DNA of 64,000 nt. Source: Candidatus Omnitrophota bacterium. Its GTDB lineage: Bacteria; Omnitrophota; Gorgyraeia; Zapsychrales; Zapsychraceae. A program made the position numbers and the translations under genes. A model generated the notes under the pieces. That model was not told the DNA's origin, made no database searches, and saw nothing but the letters and a program-made list of their open reading frames with translations. Below are positions 50,579 to 62,500 of the stretch, piece after piece (positions within the stretch are counted from its first letter, which is position 1; every line of letters starts with the position of its first letter). The stretch lies in contig JAIORP010000135.1 in NCBI GenBank assembly GCA_021108075.1, positions 23,938 to 87,937 on the forward strand, in the 5' to 3' direction.

Positions 50579-53500
50579 GAACACACATAAGATTACTTTC
50601 TGTACTCCTATTACTATTAACGTTTCCTTCCACAACAATTCTCGCGGACACAAACACAGATACGATTAAGTTGTTAAGGACATCCATACAAAGTAAAGAC
50701 ACCCTCATTGAAGACTTAATGGATGAGAAGGATACATTGTCAAAACAACTTGAAATCCAGCGCGAAGAAAAGAAAAAATTTGAAAAAGAACTTATCCTTC
50801 TGCAAAAAAACATTGGAAAACTTGATGATGCATCACGTTCCGGTCAAGATGATGCTGCAAATTTGCGTCTTCAAAAAGAATCTTTAATGCGCCAGCTTAA
50901 TAAAGTCAGGAAAGAAAAAGTCAGGCTGGAAGACACGATATCCAAGTTGAATAAAAGTATGGATATTACCGACTCGAACGTTAACAGCAAGGTCGACGCA
51001 GCAACCTCGGCATTAAAAACCCGTGTACAAGAATTAAAATTACAACTTATCTCTTTGGAAGAAAAAATCGAAAACTCAAACACCAAACAATCAAAACTAC
51101 AAAAAGAAATCCACAAATTAGAAAACGAAAAAGCGTCCTTAACAAAAAAAATTACGCTCCGTGACAAGAATATAAGCACCCTTAAAAGACAACTCGTTGA
51201 TAAAATCAACGCGGTCCGTAAGCCGCTACAAAATGAACTCAGACAAACGAATGCTGCTTTAGCGATATCCAACAATGTCGTAAGGGACAAACAACTCGAG
51301 GTCTCGGAACTGAACCGGAAATACGAATTGACCTTAGTGAACATTAGAGAACTCAATAATAAGCTGGATAAAAAAGACATCGAAATTGAAGAACTCAACA
51401 ACAAAATTAAATCCATTCAAATACAGACTTCAGAAAAAATTTCATCGATCAGCGATCAAGCTAAAAAAGACATTGAAACGCAACGCGGCAAAGTCCAGTC
51501 CAAAAATAAAACACTCCAGGAAGAAATCTCCGATTTAAGTACTGACAAAAAAGATCTGCAGAAACAAATTTCAGACAAAAAAGAAGCCGTACGATTGATC
51601 AGGCGAGACAGAAAAACACTACAAACAAAATTAGACCAATTACTAATCCGCAATAAAGATTTGTTAAATAAGACAGCCAAACTTCAAAATGACATTAATG
51701 CCATTGAAGATTCCATAAAGGACAAAATTTCTGAGGCGAAACAACCCCTTTTAGGAGAAATAAAAAAATTAGAAGACAACATAAAGACTTTAAGTCGGCA
51801 CATGAATAACAAACATGAAAAAATCGACCTGGTCCTTGAAGAAAACAAAAGGCTGAAAACCCAGCTTGATAAAATTGTCACAATTAAAAATAATTATTCA
51901 AAAGATAATGCGTTATTAAAAACCCAGCTTAAACTAAACTCCGATAAAGTTGCCGTTCAAATTTCTTCCGTTAAAAAACCACTTGAAAAATCCATCCAAT
52001 CACTTCAAGAAGAATTAAATTCATTGCGAAAAACGAATGAAGTCAAAGGGCAAGAGATCAAGGCTCTGGAACAAAAAAAATCAAAATTAAAAACAGATCT
52101 CGATAGATTATCAACGGGAAATACAACCCTCAGTCAAAAAGTTAACAAATTAGAACTTTCGCTAAAACAAGAAAAAAAATTGCAGTCCGAAAACATCGAA
52201 GATATACAAAGTTCCTTACTAGATAAAATAATAACAATGGAGAAACAATCCAACGCCCTAAAAGCAACGGTTAAGGAGAAGGGATCATATAACCTGAAAA
52301 TTGTCGGTCAAAATAAATCCCTCACAAAAAAAGTCGCGAAGCTGGTAGAAGAAAAAACCGGAGCGTTTGAAAACCTTAAAAACATTCAAGTTCGATATAA
52401 CGAGATCAAATCAACATTAGACAAACGCATCAAAGTTGCAACCAAAGCATTAACTGAAGAAGTTCAACAATTAACAGTGCAACTGAAAAGTGCCCAATCC
52501 GGCCTTGAAGGAACAGACACTAAAATCATTCGTTTAAACAACGAAAAGAACAAACTGCAGGTCGAATTATCCAGGGAAGAAAACCAGCGACGTCAACTTG
52601 AAGCAAACATCACCGAACTGAAAAATCAACTGATACAAGTTCAAAAAGAACTGCCCAAAAAAATCAGCAGTGTCCGAAGCTCATTAGGCAAGAAAATTAA
52701 AGAACTCGAAGCTGAATTAAACACTCTGAATAAAGGAATCGCCGAACAGAAGACGAAAGTCTCAAATTTGTCGGCCGATAAATCTTTACTCCAAAATAAT
52801 TTGAAAAAAATAACGACAGAAAAGGGAATCATAGAACAAGAACTCCGACAACTTCAAGTTAGATTTAAAGGCCTGAACGACACTCTGCCACAAAAACTAT
52901 CTAAAATTGAACAACCACTCAAAACTGAAATCAATAAGGCGAATAAAAAAATAACCGAGCAAGAGGAAACAATCGCGAGCTTGTCATCCAAAAAATCTTT
53001 GCTCCAGAATGATTTAAAAAAGACAGAGACGGGAAAGAAAATCATAGAGCAAGAACTTTTGAGAATCAAAAATCAATTAAAAGGCCTGAATGACACCCTG
53101 CCGCAAAAAATATCTAAAGCCGAACAACCACTCAAAACTGAAATTAATACGGCGAAAAAAAGAATAACGGAGCAAAAAAAGACCATCTCTACTTTGACAT
53201 CCGAAAAAATCATGCTTAAAAATAATTTAAAAAATATAGAAACAGAAAAAGGATTCATAGAGCTAGAACTCCGGCAACTCAAAAATAAATTTAAAGGCTT
53301 GAACGACACTCTGCCACAGACGATATCTAAAGCCGAACAACCACTCAAAGAGCAGTTAAATACAGCGAACAAAAGGATAATGGAGCTAAAAAGAATCATC
53401 GCGAATTTGTCATCCGAGCAATCTTTCTTCCAGAATGATATAAAAAAAATAGAGACAGAAAAAGAACTCGTAAAAAATGAGCTCCAACAACTCAAAAACA

Positions 53501-56500
53501 AGTTAAAAGGATTAAAAAACGCTCTTCCTCAGAAAATATCATCAGTCCAGAAACCCCTAAAAGAAGAAGCCTCAAGACTAAAGGAACAATTATCAAACAC
53601 AGAAAATTCTTTGCATATAAAACAAGAACGAATTAATAATTTGACGATTCAGAAAAAAAATTTAGACAATAACATTACCCGCCTCAACACGGAAAACAGC
53701 AAGTTAAAAAGTGACATCATCAATCTTCGCAGACAGTTGGCCGGTCTAGAAGACAGTATCCCACTAAAGATTGAATCGGCAAAAACTCCCTTTGAAAAAG
53801 ACCTCTCCGACTTAAAAAATCAATTGCGGGAGGTTAATAATACAGTTACACGTAAAAACAAAAAAATTAAGACATTAAGTCGAGAACATCAATATTTACA
53901 GAATCGAATAGCGGATAAAGAAAAAATCATCAGCGCGCTGGAGCAGGATGTCGTTTCTTATAAAGATGAAGTCCTCAGCACTCAAAACTCATTGGATTCT
54001 AAAGTAAAGCAAGAAAGAATCCCTCTTGAAGCAAAAATCACGCAATTAAAGACAGAACGTCAACAAGCCGAACTAAAAATCGAAGAATATACCATTCTCA
54101 TAAAAACATTACATGAAAGAATAGAAGAGAACGCTTTAAAATCAAAAGAAATCACTACGGAAAAAAAAGACCTGGAAATAAATTTATCTAAAGTCACCGA
54201 AGAGTTCAACAACAATAAAAAAATTGTCGCTGATAAGATCAAAAACGCAAAAGATCCGCTCAAGAAAACAATCGCCATTTTAAACAAAAAAATCATCGCG
54301 ATTGAGAATGCTATCCAATCCAAGCAAACAACCATCAACAAAGTCACCCAAAAAAATGAAACATTAACGCGCCAGTTTGAAGATATCAAAAAAACAAAGA
54401 ACTCCATATCTCTTGATCTCCTGAAAATACAAAAAGAATTTGATTCGCTTCACGTATCCATTCCCCAAAAAATGATAGCTGCCAGGAAGCCACTGGAGTT
54501 GGAGATTGAGCAACTCACACAAAGGCTGAAAAAAGCGTCTACGTCTGTCAAGGCGAAACAACAGGAACTTAATCAGACGACCAAAGATAAATCACAACTG
54601 CAGATCAATCTGTCCAGAACAAAATCTACGGCCGATAAATTAGAATACGAATTAAAAAATATTCAGAATGCACTTAAAAGCTCAAAGAATGATATACCGA
54701 TAAAAATTTCTGAAGCCCTTGCGCCGCTAAATACTAAGATCAATGCGTTAGAAAAAGACTTAGCACTGTCAAAAAGCAAACTGCAATCAAAAAAAGAAAC
54801 GATAAAAAACCTTCAAAATGAAATGCTTTCATTGAACAAAAAACTTTCGCAAACACAGACTGAAAAAACCAATTTAGCCTCGAAAAACACAGCTTTAAAC
54901 GATGAAATAAAAGCTCTCGAAGAGGCCATCGTAGCAGAAGTCAAACAAGTGCAAATACCATTGGAAAAAACGATAAAATCATTGCAGGTCGCCCTGAAAA
55001 GCATGCAAAATAAACTATCGGACAATAATACTAATTTAAATAGAATTAATAAAGAAAAAGAAACCGTCACGAATAATCTAAACCAGCAACAACAGAACAA
55101 AGCGTCTTTACAAAAAAAAATTGACGGGCTTAAAACTACAATTGATAATCTAAAAAAAACGTTGCCAACTCAAATTGACCAGGCCAAGTCTCCGTTATTA
55201 AATGATATCAACAAACTTCAACAAAAATTATCCCAGGCAAATAGTACCATTTCACATAAATCTGACAAAATATCCGCACTTAAGCGGGACCACCATATTA
55301 TTAATGTTCAATTAAACAATTTACAAAGCGAAAAAGCTGAATTAAATAAACAGATAGAGAATATGCTTGAACGCGTCAAGCAAGCAGAACTGTCGGTGCC
55401 TCAAAAAATTCAAAAAGTTGAAAAACCGTTGAATAATGAAATCCGTGAGCTAACCGAACAGGTTCTGAAGACAAAAACCCTTATTCAAGTGAAAAATGAG
55501 GCCTTAGAAGTCTTATCAAAAAACAAAAACGCATTGGAATCATCACTCAAAAAAGTCCGGCAAGAAAAAAAACAATTGGCCCAAAAAATAACGGAATCTG
55601 AAGAACTCATTAAAGAGAAGCAGCGTTCCATTGGCAGCTTGAAACAGAACAACTACCAATTAAACAGCAAAGTAAGCAAATTAAATAGAAACCATGAATC
55701 CCTGCAAGCCAATTATGACAAAATACAAAAAGAGCTAAGACGAGCTAAAGCATCCACACCCAAAGAAATCTCTTCTGCCATCCAACCCCTGAACAAAAAA
55801 ATTGAAAGTCTCCGGAACGAACTGGACAAAGCCAAAGAAGATCTAAAAGAAAATCATGGCGCAATATCTTCAACCCATCAAGAAAAATCCTCAATGTTAA
55901 CCAAAATCAATGTATTGAACCGTGATAACAAAATCTTATCCCAGGAAATAAACAATGTAAAAACTAAGCTGCAAGAAGCCAACAATAGCATTTCCAATCA
56001 AATTTCCAGAGCGACGATTCCCTTAGAAGAAAGTATAAACAACATGACCGAAAAGCTGGCAAAAACTGGAGACGCCCTATCTAAAAAGCAAAATGAAATT
56101 GACGAACTTATTCAGGACAAAAACCAGCTTAACCACAAACTGAAACAGCTTCGAATGGAAAGAGAAGACGCAGGAAAAAGGCTGACGAGACTGCAGGATA
56201 AATTCGCAATAGCACACACGTCCAGTCAACAAGAAACGATAAAAGCGCAAAAGAAGCATCGAGAAAAGATAAAAAAGTTGGAGCATGAATTATTGGAAAT
56301 GAATGCTGCTGTTCTGGCGAAAGAAAAAAAACTCGCATCTTTGGAACAAAACAATCAAAATCTCAATCTCCTATTACGCAATTTAAGAAAAGAGAAGTCA
56401 ACCCTGAATAAGGAGACCGTTAATCTTCTGAACAAAATTAAACTTACTGAAGCGGCAGTCCCTCAAATGATTCAAATGACCAAAAGGCCTTTGAAAGAAA

Positions 56501-59500
56501 GAATCCAGACATTGACGGCGAAAGTGAAACAAACAAATGATTTAATCAATCAAAAAGAAGATTTGCTTAAACAAACTACAAAAGAAAAATTATTATTATC
56601 ACAAAATTTGACCAAGGCTCAAGAAACACAAAAGAATTTATCACAGGAAATCATTACCTCAAATAAACTCGCTCTCAAACATAAAGCGGATCTAATAAAA
56701 ATTGAGCAAGAAAACCTTGGACTGAAAAACGAAATAAGGTCCACACAGGAAACATCCGGAAATCTGGAGAAAAAAATTGAAAGAATCACGCAAGAGCTGC
56801 TTAACAGCAGAAATAACACAGCGAAAATTACCGCGAAAGAGATCTCTAAACTAACCGATCAAATCACCGCATTTAAAGACCAGTTGAAAAATTCATCGGT
56901 TAAATTGAAACAAAAATCGGAAAATATCCTTGCGGTCCAGCGCGAGAAGGAAGGCCTGACAACAAAAGTCGAGTCACTGACGGATGAAAAAAACTCCTTG
57001 GAACAAAACATCTCTGTCTTAAAATCAAAAATCGCACACACGAATACGGATCTTGAAAAAAAGGCGGAAACAATAAATCTGTTTAACAACAACAAAGACG
57101 CACTCGAATCTAAACTAAATACCGCTATAAATGAAAAAAATAAACTGAAACAAGAGGTTAAAGTTCTACGAACAGAAATTTTCCAAATAAAAAAGCAAAC
57201 CCCTATGCAAGTTGAAGAAGCGAGGCAGCCATTGAAAAAAGCCCTCAGGCATAAAGAGAAAGCAATCGCAGATGCCAATCGGGCTACAAAAGAAAAACAA
57301 ACGCGTATTAATCAGCTGTTACAAAACGACCAAGACCTAACGCAAGAAGTCCAACGCTTGAAACAAATACAGGTCACATTAAACGATAGCAACGCAAAAC
57401 TGAAAAAAAGCATGGACAAGGTCTCTAAGTCTATTCCAGCAAAAATATCAGAAGCCAAATTCCCCTTAGAGCAAGCCATTAAAATGCTTAAAAATAAATT
57501 ATTGAATATCGAAAACGAGTTAGTCAATAGACAAAAAAAGATTGACGCTCTGAATAAAGAACGTTCAGGAACTCAGACAAACCTCCAACAACAGATTAAG
57601 GTAAAACAAAATCTGTCAAAACAGATTGATGCGTTAAATAAGCAATACGCGTCTGTCCAAAAATCTATACCGGACAAGATTAAAACAGCTAAACGGCCTT
57701 TAGAGAAAAAAATTGAATCGCTTAATAAACAAATGATTGAACAGTCTGAAATCATCCGTCAACAAGAAAATAAACTCGCAGGGTTATCATCAAAAAATCA
57801 AAACATGACAGATTCTCTAAGCGTGATCAAAAATGAAAAATTGTCGCTGGAGAACCAAATAAACCAATTATTAAGCGCTAACAAAAAATTAAACACTGTC
57901 CTTCCAGAAAAAATCCGTCAAGCCAAACAACCCCTTGATAAAAGGATCAAAGACCTCAACCTCCAACTTGGGCAGTCACATAAATCTTTAACTGTTAAAG
58001 AGCAGGAAATAGTTAAATATAAAAATAAATCGCAACAGCTATCAACCCAAATCTCTAAATTGCAAAACGAACATAATCAACTGTTAACTCTCAACAAAGA
58101 CCTCAACATAAAGCTCGTCAGCCTCCAAAAAGAATTGCCTGATAAAATCGCCAGGATTAAAACGCCGTTGGAAGCCAATATCGCACAAATTTCTCAAAAG
58201 CTTTCTAACGCTCAAACACTAGTCAAAAAACAACAGGCGAGCATTGACCTGTTAACCAAACAACGCGACATTACCAGCTCAAATCTCAACAAGCTCAAAG
58301 ACCAGGAACATCAAACCCAAAAAGGATTAAAAGCTAAACAGGAACTATTAAGCCAGAAAAACAATTCGCTTAAGTTGCTCTCACAGGAAAACGCCCGGCT
58401 CCAGGATAAAATCGCTTCCATCAACAACGAAAAAGACCTTCTTGGAAAAAAACTGTCTCAAGTAGAACAAAAAATTCTTGAAACACAAAAAAAGATACCT
58501 GAAAAAGTCAATTTAGCCACAGCACCATTGAAACAAAAAATACAAAAACTCATCAACGAATTGGAACAAACGCAAACCTCCATTAAACTAAAAGATAATA
58601 AAATAACACAGCTCACACAAAAAAGTAAAGACATTTCACAACGGCTTGAAGAAACGCAGCGCCAAAAACAGGCTGCAGATAAAAACTTAACTCGGTTAGC
58701 TCAAGACAAAGAAAACCTTGAAAAAGTTGCGATGCCTAAAGCTCTTATTCTAGCAAAAATACCTTTTCAGGATAAAATTAAACAATTATCAGAAGACATT
58801 CAAAACAGTCAGGATACAATGACTGATAGAGAACGCACAATCGCCCAGTTAAGAAAGGAAAAAGCGGCGATTAACTCCAAGTTAAAAGGAATATCTGACG
58901 ATAAAAAGAATCTCCTCGCTACAATTAATAACTTGCAGAATGAACTAATTAACTATAAAAAATCCATGCCCCAACAATTATCGAAAGCCCGTGATCCTTT
59001 GGAGAAAAAAATAACATTTCTTCAAAATCAAATCGACAATACTTTTGACGAATTACAAGACAAACTCTTAATCATAGCGGAACTTGATGACGACATTGAT
59101 TATCTGAAGAAATCTTTAAACAACTCTACAAATCAAAATATCCAGGATAAAAAGTCCATTGAGGCCTTAAAGAGAGATCTTATTCGTAACAAAGAAAAAA
59201 TGGCAAATGAATTGCATAACACAGTCAGCCCTTTAAATGCCAGTTTAAACATCTTAGAAAAAAAACTGATTACCACCGAAGCGGCAGTTATTAAAACACA
59301 AAAAAACAACAAAAATCTGATTGTTGCAAATAACACGCTTCAGAATGAAATCAAAAATTCTGTCCAAAAGATAACGGAATTATCTGACAAACTTAAATCT
59401 GAGAAACAAAAAATCACAAAACTGCAAAGTGAAATTCCTAACCGAATCAAAGAAAAAACAAACCCATTGACCGAGCAAATATCAACTTTAAACAAATCAA

Positions 59501-62500
59501 TCGCTTCATATAAAAAGAATATCGAAAAGCAATCCATCGACAATCAAAAACTCCGTGAAATCAACAACCACACGAAAACAGCGCTCGAAAAAGAAATTGA
59601 GTTTAAAAAGAAAATTCAAACAAATTATGGTAATTTGAAAAAAACGATAAACGAACTTGAACAGAAACAACCTGAAGAGATAATAGCCGCTACAACCCCC
59701 CTAAACAACAGAATTAAAGAAATACGAAAAAAATTATCCGCATCCAGCCAAAATATTGCCAGTAAAGATAAAACAATTGAAGAACTGCGCATCACAAATA
59801 AAAAACTCGCAAATGATTTAAACTCATCGCAAAAGAACAATATTCTTTTAAATAAAAATATAGTTATGTTTGAAGAACAAATTGACAAAATAAATAATGA
59901 GATTCCTTCCAAACTATCGACTGCGACCAAACCTTTGAAGAAAAGGATCCTTGACCAAAAGAATACACTCACAGAGCTTTCAACGTCGGTCGACAGACTC
60001 AACCAGGATTTAAGCGACACTCAAAAACAAAGAAACCAATTGACATCAGACTTTGTTCAGTTAAAAGAGAAAAATCAAGAACTGCTTAAATTAATTGATG
60101 AATTAAGAAGCACCTTGTCGTTAACCAAGGCATCGATCCCGAAACAATTAGAATCCGCGCAAAACCCCTTAAAAAAAGAAATCAAAAAACTTCAGGAACA
60201 ATTCCAATCAACACAATCCGAGTTCCATAAAACACGGGATAACTACGGAAAGTTGAAAATTGAAAATAAAAAATTATCTCAGACATTATCCCGAACTGAA
60301 TCACAAAACAACGCCTTAGCCGGCCAGCTTCAAGACATCACACAAAAGTTAACCGTATTACAAAAAGTGCTCCCTAAAAGAGTGTTTGAAGCGAAGCTTC
60401 CTCTCGAAGAAAAATTGAAGAATTGGAAGGATAATTTCGCTAAAATGGAAACGGAATTAAAGGACACACTGGCCTTATTGCAAAAAGACCGTGACAGTAA
60501 CAATAAACTGAAAAAGGAATTCACAGCGTTGTCCAACAACAATAATAATCTCGAACAAGTGAATGCAAGTCTCAAAAATAAATTAGCTCAACTGCAAGGT
60601 TCACTCCCTAAAAAAATTAACGATGCACAGAAAACACTTAAGGTTAAACTTCAAAATCTAACAGAAACCTTGCAGGACCGCGATACGCAACTCAACCAGA
60701 AATCAAAAAAAATCACAGCACTAAATAATCAAATCAAAGCACTCACCCAGGACAACACTGACCATTCAACCATCGTCCGATCCCTGGAAGAAAAAAATAA
60801 AAAAATCATAAAAAATAACAATATCCTCAGTCTGCAGATTGAACAATGGCAAAAAGACTACCCAAACAAGATCAAACAGGCCCAGAGGCCATTAGAGGGC
60901 CAAGTTGAACAATTAAAGCAGCAATTTGCAAATGAGGCCGAAAAGAACAAACGAAATCAGGAACTCATTGCAAAATTAGAACAGGATGTCACCAACTCAC
61001 GAAATAATATTGTGCAAAACGAAGCAACGATCAAAATCCTAACATCCGAGAAACGAAACTTAGAAAACAGATATGCCAGTTTAAACGACTCTATCCCTCA
61101 AAGGATATCGAAATCCAAAACTTCTCTAGAGCAAATGATCCATAAACTAAAGCAATCCAACGACGAGTTGAACACAACGGCTAAAAGAAAAGACCGAACG
61201 ATCAATCAACTGACCGATCAATCAAAGGAACAAAGCCAAAAAATTGATTCTTTTAGATCTAAAAACTCTGAATTGCAAAAACAGCTCAATAATAAAATTA
61301 CTGAATACGCGACAAAAAGATCTGAACTTTCCAAAAAATTAACAGCAGCTGAAGCCACTGTCAAAGAGCAAACAGATAAAGAGAAAAAATTAAAAACACG
61401 GCTCCAAGCTTTAAAAAACATTAATGTGGAAACGCAGAAAAAATTCTCAACAACAATCAAGGAAAAAACACAAATAGATCAAAAGTTTGCCGAGATCAGC
61501 AAGAACCTGTCTATCAAAAATAATGCCATTAACCAATATAAGACTACGGTCAGTAAACTTAGGGATTCCTTACGTAATTTAGAAACCAACAAAGAGAATC
61601 TAGCACGGCGGGTGACAGAACTAGAAAAGCTAAATGACACCATCAAAACATCATTGCCTGAAAAAGTTGAAAGTGTAAAAGCCCCGCTTCTTTCAAAAAT
61701 CAATCAACTCGAGACTGCGATAGAAGAAAACACAAATGAACTATCAAGGGCAAAGACAACCCTGAAAACTTTGAAAGATGAAAATAAAGCCCTCAACAAA
61801 ATCCTCGAAAGCGTTAAGAGAGACAATTCTCTCTTGTCACAAAAAACAGATTCATTTAGAAAAGAAATCGACAAATCCAAAACCCAGGGCGAACTCGAGA
61901 TCAACCAAATAACAAGCGATCTCAGAAATAAAATTCAAATCATCCAGGAAAAAGAAAAACTAATTAAGCAGCTTCAATCTGACTTCAGAAACCTTAAAAA
62001 CGACCACGACCAGTTGGAAAAAAAATACCGCAACACAATTCGTGAGTTTGACGGCGCGCGAATTAAATTAGAACAGTATAAAGAAAAAATTTCGATGGAG
62101 ATAGAAAAGGCACGTAACCCCATATTAAATCAACTCAATCAAGTTAAAAGCGAACTTATATCCACGATGAGCGCCTTAAAAGAAAAAGATGAAAATATGA
62201 CAAGCATGAATAGAAATTTATCTTCATTGAACACAAAATACGATCAACTCAATAAAAAAAAAATCGCTTTTGAGGATCAACTCAGCCAATCAATCACCCG
62301 TTACCAAAAACTAGAAAGTGAAACACAAAACACGATTGACCGGACAAAAAGCACGCTCCATTCAGATATCAACAAGTTAGAAAAAGCCCTGGTAGTTAAA
62401 AGAGCCGAAATATCGGCAAAACAGAATAATATTCTTGAAAACGAAAAACAAATCAGCTATTTAAAGAAGGATCTTCAATCACTCAACGATAAAAATCAGA

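Noticed and set aside
50544-61904. Many short minus-strand F/L/S-rich ORFs
   Set aside because: Antisense shadows of the K/E/Q-rich giant + strand gene
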